From Raillietiella orientalis (Eukaryota): 64,000 nucleotides of DNA. The translations under genes and the position numbers were made by a program. The notes beneath the pieces are model-generated. The model was not told where the DNA came from. It did not search any database and worked only from the letters and a program-made list of their open reading frames with translations. Each line of letters opens with the position of its first letter. Within the stretch, counting starts at the first letter, position 1. Shown in pieces: positions 12,960-24,900 of the stretch. The stretch is taken from contig JAYWIR010000054.1 of NCBI GenBank assembly GCA_036172245.1, positions 248,001 through 312,000 on the forward strand, in the 5' to 3' direction.

Positions 12960-15900
12960 CTGACAACAACCCCTTGCCAATGCACAGTGGAGCTTTGGAA
13001 TTACCGAAAATGCCCGTGGATTTGTTTCTCGTACAGTAATTAGGCGACTCTTTTAGATAGATGAGGTCGTTCGGACTGGGCATGTTTATGCCCCGTTCCT
13101 TTACATACAGATTTCCTTTCTTGGTCATTTTCATTATGATTGCGCTGTCGTATTTTCGTTTGAGAAGGTCACCTGAAACGACAAGAGTGGAAGACAGCAT
13201 TGTGTGTGAGTGGACCGGTGAGTGTGACCGGAACGGGAAGAAACAACGTGCGCCCTCGCTGGTCTCTACGGAGGGCGCGGACGACGCGAAGGTGTCTTCT
13301 GTCCCTAATGTAGTTCATGCAAATTGGGGAGGGAGGGAATGGGTGCAAAACTGGCGGCAGCGACGGGGCAAACACTGGGGTGGCCTAAATGCAGCAAAAA
13401 AGAGGGGAAGTAAACGAAGAAGGAGCTCCGTTTTCACCGTCGCATCCTTTCGGTCGCAGCCCAGGAAACGAGCCCTCCCCCCCCCCCCTCTCGTCTCGTG
13501 CGCTCCGACAATCACGGTGTGCACGGAATAACGCAACAATCGACAGCGAGTTTCCGCGGCGGTCTCACGGGAAGCGTCTCAGACGGGAGGGAAGTCTCCA
13601 ATCATCCGCCCGACTTCGTGTCTCTTCCAGCTCTTCGCCTCCCTTGCGCGCTCGGAGAACAACAGTCCGATCCACGAAGATTTACGGAGGCCAATACCTA
13701 CGAACTCTCGGGGAAGGAACCAAACCAAACGCAAAAGGCAAAAAAACAACAACTATAAATATGTATGCAAATGAAGGATTCCGAGCGCCGAGAACGGCGC
13801 GTGCGCAGATCGGTTAGACGGATATATGGAACGGGAAGACAGCCTGGAGATTTCGGATGGAATCCAGGGAAAAACCCTTCGGGCTGCTTCACGAAAACGG
13901 ATGCCACAGATCGATTTTCGGTTGATGGTTTCGTGAGTCTCTGCTGGCTTGCTTTCGGCAACTCCTCTCTCAAAGGCTCACCCGTTCACGAAACGAACAT
14001 TGCGAGCCGAAAGTCGAAAAGAAGAAGAAAAAGAAAAGTTTGGAGATGTATAGACGAACGTCACAAAATCTATTTTTGCTTTCTTCTCTCTCCGTCGAAT
14101 CTGTAGGTCCACCAGATGCTTTCGAGGTTCGAGAGAGCATCGCCGCTTCGGCTTGCGTGCGAACGTGAGCGCGAGCGAGCTAGCAGAGACGCCTTCCCAG
14201 ATGGGGAAGGAAGGCAGGACAGGTCGTTCATGCAGTTGAACCCGGTGGTTCATGAGGCGCGCGGAGGATCGCCCGACCCAGGACGCAAGCGGAAGAGTCC
14301 TCACGCCTAGGCCGACTCTGCGTCCCTCAGGAAGCAGGCAGCAGCGGAGGTGGCCGAGTCTGTTTTCATCCTGGGCGCCCCTGCCTAGCTTTCCTATCTT
14401 TTCAGGGTTGCTTGCCCCTTCGGCTACCGGGAAGGTCATCCTGGACGGCACTTCATGACCGACAAGGAGAGGATGGATCCGGCCGTCTGGTAACCTTCAG
14501 ACCCTCGCCTTCAGACCGGTGCGCGCCCCGAAAGCCACTCTGTCCTTCCACCGTTTTTACAGCCTCCCAGCCGCGGCCGCACCTGGGGTTCCAGCTGCCA
14601 CGCCGGACCTCACTCCTCCAGACCCGGCATTACCGGATCCCGCAAGAAGGTTTCGAGTCGTAGGAGGAGGAAGAGCGGTCCACGTAACCAACTGAACTCA
14701 AGCCTCCTCATAAGGTCTCTTGGTCAGCGAGCACTGACGGGAGCCCGCACCTGAGCAGGCGAGCGACGGCGGTCACTCGCGAGCCAGTCGATCCGCGGCG
14801 TTCCCTTTGACGAGGCACGTCTGGAGCGAATCCGAGCTCGCTCGCGGGAAGGGCGGTGGCCCGCCCAAAATGAGGGCGAGCGAGGACACCGTCAAGCGGG
14901 AATCGTGCAACCGGAAAAGGGAAAGTCCCCATCCTCTCGGTCCGGCGGCTACCTCTATACCTGGTGGGTCCGGGAGCAACCCTCTCGGGAGGTCGGAGGA
15001 GTCCTAGCGATCGCAAAGAGAAAGGGTCCCGTTTGCCATCGGAGTTCAAGCGCCGGGTCCGCCAGCGGCGCTAGTCTCTCGGACGATGCCGGGTGCGGGA
15101 AGCAAGGAGGAGAGACGAGCTCGTCGTCCCGTCTTCCGGGATGCTTACGCTGCTGCTTCCCCAAAGAGGTTTTTTCCCGGCGGTTGCGCCCCTCTCCGCG
15201 GGCTCGGGGGGCCTTCCAGGTCGCTGAGCGCCATCCCTTCCTGGAGAGACGCTCTTCGCCGCTGGTCTACACGAGAGAACCCGGGAGTTGTCAGCACGCG
15301 TCATCGGGACGTGAGGAAGAGTTCTTTCCCGGAAGGAAAAGTCTGTGTGGAGTCAGAGACTCTTGGGGGGTCTCCGAAGAAACCTACAGGGGATCCACCC
15401 TCGGGAGGAGGGTAGGCTACGGGGACGGTCCTCTTCCCTCTTCGGAGGAAGAGTTTTTCCTTCACCACAGCCGCCCAAGGAGAAGTTCGCCTTTCCGCTG
15501 CTTCTGAACGGAGGGGGAAGACAGCTGCTCGGGGAGGAAGGCGGCAGCGGGATGGGGGAAAAGGAGGGACCGCGCGTCGCTGCTGCTTACCGATCTCCCG
15601 GAACGGACGCAGCTGATTCCAGCACGTGACCAAGCTGCAGGAGCCCGACACCCCGTGGCATTTGCAGGTGACCTTCGACGTCTTGATGACGGCCTGGAAG
15701 GAAGCAGGGAAGGACGGCGGTTGGATTTCCTCCTGCTATCACGATTCGATCCCCCTCCTCCACTTCGGAGACAGCTCCGTCCCCTCCCGAAGGGCACTGC
15801 CACGACTGCCGCAGCCCCCTCCTCCCGGCCCATGCCACGAAGACTGCCTAGCCACGGAAACGAGTGCGTCTTCTTAGCCTTCGAGAGGGAAGGTTCCTCT

Positions 15901-18900
15901 CGCCGGTCGGGAATGGTCGAAGAGATCCCGCCGGAGGAGTGCGCAGCCTCCTGGCTCTCGGATCTTGACGTCCAGAGCTGTTCTTCCGGCGGCGCGAACT
16001 CTCTTCCCCTCTCCGAGATGCTGGTCGACCGTGGCCCCGAGGTTGAGAGAGGGAGATCTGAGCCCTTGAGGGCGGCCTCAGATGCAGTCGCCTAGTGTTG
16101 AGCTCCGTAAAGAGGACCGCGGGAGAGGACGGAAGGAGGAAGACCAACGAAGAGGAAGAACGCAGAAGACGGAAGCAGGAAGGCCAAAGAAGAGGACCAA
16201 CGGAAAGCACGGAGGAGGAACAGTGGAAAGGACCAACAAGGAGGATGGAAGGAGAGGCAACTTCCGAGGTGGACGATGGGAAGCAGGTGTGTTAAACTTC
16301 CCTCTCCTATGAGAGGAGAAGGAAGGAGGGAGAGGAAGGGGAAGATGAGAAGCCGAAAAATAGAGGAGTCCATTTCCAGTTTTCGAAAGAACCCATGCCT
16401 AGGGAATGAGGATGGGGAGCAGGCCCTGCCTTCCACTTTAAGTCCTTCCGCGCGGAAGCTGTGAGGGCAGCTGTCCTCAAACCGCTCAGGAGAGAAGAGT
16501 GCAGAAGGTCGGTCATTTCTCGGAACAACCGGCCTGCGCGCCCTCAGGCAAGGAAAAGGGGAGGGAAACAACCTAACGCGAAGCTCCCGGAAAGGGTGGT
16601 AGCGGATGAAGCTGGGGTGGACTATGGAGAGGAGCGCCTTCGTGGTGTCCGGAAGAGCCACCCCAGAAAAGCCTCGAGGAAAGGCGCCCGCTACCGCCCC
16701 GTCGTCTCTTCGTTCCCTTCTCCTGGATGGTTGCACTCAGCGAAGAGGAGAGTCCGCCCGCGGGCAGCGCTGCCGGACGCCATAGTCCCGTCGCAGTCCA
16801 CCAAAATGGGCCGCGTCGGGAGCAGATGCAGGAAAAGGGGAGAGAACGTAAGGAAAGGAAGGGAATGGAGAGGGCGCAGAAGAGAAGGAATAACGGGAGC
16901 CAAAGTGAGACAGGGGTGACAGCAATGGGATTGGCGACGTAGAGCAGAGCAGCGTCTGGTCTCGTGAGTTCCAGAGGCTACGAAGATGGCACTTCCATCA
17001 TCCCTTTTGTCGAGGAATCCCCTGGAACTCCTCAGGAACGTGCGGGCCGTGAGAACAGAAAAGGATCCGTCCCTCCTGAACGTTGGGAGCGCAGTGCCGG
17101 TGCAGACAAGCGCTCTGCACAGGTGACATTTCTCAGAGGCGTGAACAGGAAGAGGAAGGAAGATCAGGATAGGAGGAGAGTCTGGATTTGCTTCTGGAAT
17201 TTTTGCATCTTGCAGTCAAGGCCACGGGAGCTACAAGGATGAGAACCTTCTTGCTAAAGGACTCTCGCACCATGTCTCTTCAGGGTCTTCAGGGGCACCA
17301 ATAGGATGCCCTCTTTCAAGAGCGTTGGCTTCCAGGGCCCCAAGCCATGGCCTACGACACCAGTCTGGGATAGCGGGAACTGGTCTCCCTCGGATGAAAT
17401 TCCGGAAAGGGATTATCTCCCTTCTCGGAAAACGCCTGCGCCGGGAAGCATCAGAGGAAGGCCAAAGGTATGATGGAAGAAGAGAGTAGGGGACAGAAAA
17501 GAGGATTGGAGTGGGTGGAAGGAAGGATGTACTCTCCTCTACAGCTTCTCGGCAGTGAGGGACGCCCCATCTCCATCGTGGAAGCCCGTCCGTCTCTCCA
17601 GCTGCTGCCTAGGGCCCTTCTGACACCTTCCTCACCTCTGAGTAGATTTCCCCACCCCCTTTGCCCTGCTGCCTTCTGAACCGGCTCGCCCACCACAACG
17701 ATCCGTCCCTCGGGAAACCCGAGTGCACAATCATTCCCACGGTGCTGTCTCCTGGAGCTCTTCCTCTTACCCTCTCCATCCGCGCACGCGCCTTGCGGCG
17801 ATCCGCAGAGTCCTACCGAGGCGCGCGCTTCCAGTAACTCCTTCCTCCCACGCCTTCCCCCGGCCTTCGCGCCCGCCTCGGAGGCGGCAGCTTAGAACGG
17901 CGGTGGAGAGGACGCTTTCCGCCTTTCCGCCTCCCGAAAGGCGCCTGCCCGCGCGCGCGACCTGGAACGCCTGCGTACCCGTCTACCGGCTTCATTGTTG
18001 TGCAGGTTCATGAGGCTCCTGCCGTGTTTCCGGGAACCCTGACGGTACCTCTTCTCCCGCTCCCGAACGTCGACAAACTGCTGGGCGAACCTGCAAGAGA
18101 AGCGAGCTAGAAGCTGGGAAAACGTTTTGTCCCTGTCGGCAGGGCCAGCGGTCCCCTCTGACCCCAGCATATCCGAGTTCGGAGCGAAGCGTGGGCTCCT
18201 TGAAGTCCTTCTCCTCTTCCGAAGCCGAAACAGCAGCTGTGTGTTTCCAGGAAGAAGCAAACGGGAGAAGCCGGGGATTTCGCTTGGAAGGTCGGGACGA
18301 CGGGGAGTCCCTGCGAGCTCCGCCGTGACCGCGCGCCCCTAACGTGTCCTAAGAAGGGAATGTACCTGTAACCGTATTCCAGATTATCTCCACATCCACC
18401 CCAGTTCCAATCCCTGTGGAGGTTCTTCGGGGCCTTGGCTTCCGAACAGCCGCAGGTCGATAGGATGCCATCCCTGCAGGAACGGGAGATCACGTGGACG
18501 ACTCCCGCTGCAGCAATAGCGTGAGCGAAGGCTGTCTCTCTGCTGGCTGAAAAGAGTGCTACACGTCCTGAGGATCGCGGCCGAGGTGTGAGGGAAACTC
18601 CTCCCTCGCAAGATGCGAGCACCGCTCTCGCGTCAGTCACAGAGAAGCGCGTGCGCTTTCCTCCTCAGACGGCAATCCGGCACGTAGAGGAAGGATTTGA
18701 ACACAAGGAAGAAAGGCAGGGATGGAAAATTCCCCTCCGCGTGGTTCGCTCCGGCTCTCAGCAGACCGCGTCGGTGTGACCGCTCTACAAAACGAGCTCC
18801 CGTGTAACCCTGCGTAACGGGTTTCGCAAGTAACAGGGCTGGAATGAGAGATGCGAAGTGCCAGCCTCGGATTGGGAGACCGAAACTTCCTTCCGTGGCA

Positions 18901-21900
18901 TCTCGCTCTTCCGTCACCTTCTCCCGCCACAATGCTGCGTCGTTTCCTCCTAGCAGACCTTATTTTGTATTCAGAGATGAATGCTCTCCCTATTATCGCC
19001 ATTGATTGGCAGCACGTCGTAGTTGCGCACATGTGGCCAGCTAATGTTTATAAATAGATTCCGCAACAATTAAGATATTTATAAATAACGCCGCAAATGT
19101 CTCCTTCATGATTGTTAGCGAATGTCCATAAATAGACTGCATGCTTAGGGCGCCGGAAAACAGCGCCCCCACCGCCTTTAACAGATGTCTGCGAAGAGGA
19201 GTAATAAAATAAAAGGTTTTTCGAACTTTCTTCAAGCGGCTTGCGGAGAATTCTTAACGGAAAATCAGAAAGCATTGGATTCATTCTATCGAATGACATA
19301 TCGCAAGATTACACACATATTTACGTTTGGGCACCTGGTTCGATCATCACTTCTAGCAACCTATTTAAACAGCAAATCTGAAAGAGGCACTTGGTAGGGT
19401 TTACACGTTTGTAAAGCAATTTCCTCGTTAGCCTTTGAAATCGAGTCGCAGTCTCGTCGAAGGAAAAACAGCAGAAAAGCTTTCCACGACATTCTAAAAC
19501 TCTCTTTGGCCCCGTGATAAAAATGAGCAAGGAGAACGCTCCTGCTGTCCTAGAATCAAAATTTTCGACCCTCAATGATTGGGGAGCAACCTTCTCGGGA
19601 AACCAAGTGCACCTGGACCTTCTCTCCTGGAATCAGCACAGTCCTACTTGACATGATCCCACCTTTAAAAACTCGGATTGAAGCGCGGAAAAGTTTTGTT
19701 CTCAAGAACAATGTCAACGGCGAAGACAACAAACAAAAATTGCATTTTCCTTCCATAGAACGTTATTCGCGGGGTAGAAAATAAACAACTATATTAGAAA
19801 CGGTCGTCAACATAGGAAAAGAGAAAGATTCCGTTCATCGAAAACAAATCCTCTCCCTTCTCCGCAAGACGATCACTAGTCTTTTAAGCATCAGCATTGC
19901 AGCGTATCTAACGCTGCCGTATCTGTTAGTGAGCATATATTGCATCCTTCTTGGTGGTCCCAGCTTCCATACAAACTTCTTTTTCTGTGCTCGCCCCAGA
20001 AGAAACTTTAAGAGAAATGCAGCATGGAGCTGCTCCATGATAGGAGCGAAACCACTCTTCACTTTTATCTTCCTAACGTTAGGCGGGTGTTTCGACCCCC
20101 CATAATGTTCTAATAAATGACCCCTAATCCCTTAGTGAGGTGAATTTGGGAAGTTTGCTTATGCTTGCCTTGATCAAGCATGAGTGGCTGCCTCAAAGCC
20201 TTTCTCCTGCCAGTGCCCTGCTTCGAATCCACGGAGCTGCTCAAACTGTTGTGGAACAGCCCGCTGCTTGACCAACTTTACTTTCAAATGAGCAGAGCCT
20301 TGAACGTAGTCAAGCGTTGGTCTATTTGTGAGCAGAGTGTGATGGACTCCGACCCACACCTCTAAAAACCTTCTCAGCTTTCTTGCAAGGAGGTCAAGAA
20401 AGCATGAACTTCTAGATACTCTCGGGATAAGTTCCAGCTTCGGCTTTTCCTGGGATTCGGATCCACAGGAAATCCCAGGACCTCAGATAACCACTTGGAA
20501 ATCAGCAGGGGCGAACCACTCCCTGCCAACTGCCGAGAGTCCATGTGAACCTTGAATCTCCGTCGCTCCTGGAAAGGCGGCTGGCAGTTGTCCATTCCAC
20601 GTGCCTTGCAGCACATAAGGCAACCAGGAAGCCCTCATGATACCACTCTAGTCTTCAGGGAATGATGCCTTTACGAAAACTCTCCTCTGGGTGGGCGTCT
20701 ACCCTTGCGGCAGCAAGAGGTAAGAGGAGGCGCTCGCGATCAGCAGAAAGGGGAGGGGGGAGGGGGGGCCAACAGTGAACAAAGTGAGACCTTGGTCTTC
20801 TTTCTTCATTTGTTTTGGACTGCGTGCCATTCTTTGTTTGCTTTACCCTTTGCTCCCTGTTCTCTTTCCTAGAACTCCCATGAAGCCGACTAGCACAGCT
20901 CTCGGTCTGGGGCAGCCAGGCGAATGTTCAGATGCCGTCCACATGGAGAGCGACGGGACCTCAGCCCTTCCGCCTCGATGAACCCTCTTCGGGAGAACCG
21001 AGATTCAGGTTAGACGAAAATTTTTTCCATTTTTTTCCTTTTCCGCGTCCTGCTGCTGCTGCTGCTTCCGGAACTGCCAAATTCCTCCTGGCAGCATCCC
21101 AGCCCAGCTGCCAGAGGAAGCGTCCAATCCCTCGCGTTGCTACGAGGCAACTTCGGCTGTGGCTGCGGGACGGAAGAGGGGCAGAGGGAAGGAAAGCTTT
21201 CCTTCCGCTCCCTTGCCCTGTCTGAGTCGCACGCAGTAACCGTTGGCCCTCCGTGGCTCCTTCCCGTGTAATGCTCGTATACCCTCGAGGCCGGGACTAC
21301 TGCCCCGGAAAGCCGAACCTCTGCACGAACTGTTTCCTTGGGAAGTGCACGCACTGCCCTTCCCGTTTTTTTTCTTCTTTCCTCTTTTGAGGCTGGGGAG
21401 GGGGGGGGGGAGGCGTGAGACACCTAGCGGTGGCAAGCGAAGCTGCCGAAAATCCTAAGAGGTGCCTCGGTATAGAGAGCGTGTAGCAGCAGCAGCAGCA
21501 GCGCTCCGAGATACCGGAAGCTCGAGGAAGAATCTCTTCCGGGGATGGACGGCAGCCGCCGCTGCCACCTCGGAGCTTCCAGGAGGACCTCGGACGACAG
21601 GGAATGCGTCTTGAGGAGGTCCCCCCTCCTCCGTCGCCGCGTACACATCCCCACTACCCAACTCCCTTCCTCCCCTCGGCGGACGGCGACGATGTTGTTT
21701 ACCGGAGTCCCCCGCCGACGCCACGGCTAACCACCCGGCAAGAAGAAGAAGCGGGGAGGGTCGCTCTCTCTCCTCCCCCTGCAATTACAGCCCCTCCTGG
21801 CGTTCATTACGCTTCCGGCCACCGGCAATTAGCCGCCATTCGCGCAAAATTTATGTGCGCTTCCCATAGCGGCGCTGCGGCGGCGGGCGGCGCGCGAAAG

Positions 21901-24900
21901 GAGCGCACGAGAGCGCCAGCGCGGGGAGTCTCCCCCTTCTTTCCCTTCCAGGGTGAGCTCCGGTGCCCCCTCCCCCTTTCCTCCCACCCTCCTCGTACTG
22001 TGACGGATCTCCACGGAGGTGTGTTTTACGGCCGGAAGGTCCGCCCGTCCGCCTCCTAGGATTGCAAACCCTCTTTTTTCTTTACCGACAGCGGCGGTCC
22101 GGGGGGTGAGGGTGGGGGGAGGCAGATTCCTCCTCCAGCCGCGCGAGCTTCCCTGTCGCGGCGCCGGCGGTCCCGGCAGCTCGTGGTGGGCGGCCGGCGT
22201 TCTCGCCCATCTCGCGATGACCCCTGAGCCGTCCCTTTCTCGAGCCGAGGGACGGCTTCGTTTCTTCTGCCGAGGCGAGAGGGGAGCGGGCGGTGCGCGC
22301 CTGCGGAGCGCCTGCCACAGAACAGGGCCCAGAAGCGTTCCTGCCGGAAAGGGTGCTCTCAGCCCCTTGGGAAGAGGCGGTTGGCCTCGGACCCCAGCGA
22401 GACTTGGTCCTGGACTCGAAGGTAAGGTAGAGGACAGGCGGACGGTGCTGCTGCCGCTGGCCTCAGCAGCGCAGCCGCCTTCCTTCCGCCTTATTGGAGT
22501 CCCTGCTAGGCAGAGGATCCCGCGTTGCTCGAGCGTTCGAGGATTCAAGGCAGGACTTCCCACTCCCCCAGTCTCGGATGCACACTAGACCACTGGTGGA
22601 GTGCCTCCCTCTGCCACCTCACACAGGTCTCACCGGTGTCCTGGATGAAACCAAATGCATGGGCTTGCAGTCACCGAACGCTCCAGTGTGGAGCGCAAGA
22701 CAGAGTCGCGAAAAACGTGACACATGACAGAAAGGAGGAGGAACGAAAAGCGAGAGGAAGAAAAAAAAAAAAAACAGGACAGCATCGTGATGATCGCCGC
22801 GCATCACGGATCTTCCGCTGCTGTGCCATCCGGGTTCCCCCTCCATTCCTTCCCGAAATCTCCTTTTCGGTTTGGCATCTTTCCAAATGAGGAAACGAAA
22901 GCTCGAGGTGCTCGAGGCTGAGGCTGCGGCGGTCGTTGTCGCAGACAACAACAATGACCGCAAAGCAAGCAGCCCAACAATAGCCGCAGCGTCCTCTGCC
23001 CAACCGATTGTTGTGAGAGGCAGGTGCCGGCGACCACGGTGCACACGAAGCCAGGACGCCTTTCAGCAAACTCCCAGGACTCCTTTACTTGCAGCCAGGA
23101 TGCTTGCAGGGAGGGAAGCGAAAGAGGGACGGGCACGGCCCACGCGAGGGGTAACCTTTGGACCGCCAATGCGTCCGGGCTTTTTCGAAACGGTGGGTGG
23201 CTAGGAGACGGCAGCTCGGGCACTCCCCACGTCTTCTGGTACACCGCCTCATCGGGGTGTGGGTTCGTGGTGCGGTCCGCTCTTATCCTTCATGGTGAAT
23301 TCTTCCTCATTGAGCCAAGATCGGTCCCCTCCCACCTCTGTCTCTACAGTCCATGAACCCACTAGCTGCTTTGCCATTTGCCCGCGCTCATCTGCTGAGA
23401 AGCTGGGAAAAGCAAAGAGCACGAGCGTAGGATGAAAGGCCAGAAACTCGTATCTCTGTTTACATGCAACATGCAGGATGCTTGCGGACAAGCCGCCTTG
23501 CAAACGGTGGAAGCCTTCCGGCATTCGACGGATCGGCTTTTCCGGAAAACCAAGAGCAGTGTTCCCGGCTCGTGTGCCCACTGCAGAAAGGGCCTCTAAA
23601 CTTCCATTCTTTGAAAGCTGCCTCGCCTTCCCATTCATGCGATGACAGTTACTGGCAGGAGATAGCTCTTGAGGTTGTACGGAAGCGCTGAGCTCGAGGA
23701 ACGCTCGAGAAGAAGGCTGGAAGCATATGCAGTGGCGTCCATGCTCCAGCAGCAGATTGTTTCTCCAAGTACTCATTTTCAAGTGAGCCCCTATTGGATC
23801 GCTGCCATCACTCGGATAGAGAAATAGATCTTCCTTTATGTGCGTCGGGTCCAACCACACTTGCTGGAAAAATCGGCTGAGAACAAACTACAGACCAAGT
23901 CTTCTTCTTTTGGTAACTGCTGGCGTTCACCCCTTTTGGGCTCCGTTTCATTTCGTTCTCCTCTGTATTTCACAGATTCATCCAGGGAGGATCCCCTCCC
24001 AAAAGCGCAGGGTAAGAACCCACGAGGAACGGACGCTGGAGTCCTCGCCAAAGAATAGGCAAAGCAGTGCAGGAAACCGTAGAAACGGGCACGGAGCATT
24101 CCTGATCGCGAGAAAAGCGGAAAAAAAAATCCGAAATGGGTCAAACACAGCTTCAGGCTACTGCAGAAACATTTCCTCTTACGCTTCCGACTCCCGCACG
24201 CACCCTCACGCTAACAGCTCGGATTTGCTTGCCTCCATGGAACCTCTACAGAATCATCCTTTCACAAGCAGGAAGCAAAAAAAAACATCACTGTGTCCCT
24301 GATACAGAAGTTTCTCGCCTCATCTTTCTATGGAACGTGTTTTCCGCTCCAGTGCTCCCAGAAACCCAATTGAACTGCACGGCGGCAGGCGCCATGCTTG
24401 TTAGCTCGTAAAAAGCTCCGGATGAGAGCAGAAACCACGCGGCTCCATCTCTTCAAATTGAGATAAAGAATTCCAAAAATAATTTCGAATTTCTGCCCCC
24501 TTACACCCTCCTCCACCCTGTTTTCTGTCGTAAATCCAGTTCCGTCTCGACTGAGACTCGGTCTTGGCTTATGAATGGGCATCTGATTGCCAGTGCCTCA
24601 ATCAGGCTTTCAGCCGAGGTAACCCATAAAACCGTTTCTTTCTCCTCTAGAGCGAGAATTCTAAAAGCATTATCTTTTCCAGCCAATGACTATCGATCAT
24701 TATTCATACAGATGGAGGATCGATGTAATTAGCGCGCCCTGCTCTTAACTTAATCTTCACTTCAGATGTGCTCTCCATAAAACAGAAAATGTGACATTTG
24801 CGCTTTCAAATTGAGAGCAGTTGTCTTCGGAGCCAGGGCGGCAGCTAGAGTTATAGATTTTGCTAAGAGGTTTGCGGGCAGGAGCGGGAAGGAAAAGTCC

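Noticed and set aside
20448..20480. 10-bp hairpin TCCTGGGATT...AATCCCAGGA
   Set aside because: Too short and isolated to distinguish from chance; no miRNA-like extended stem
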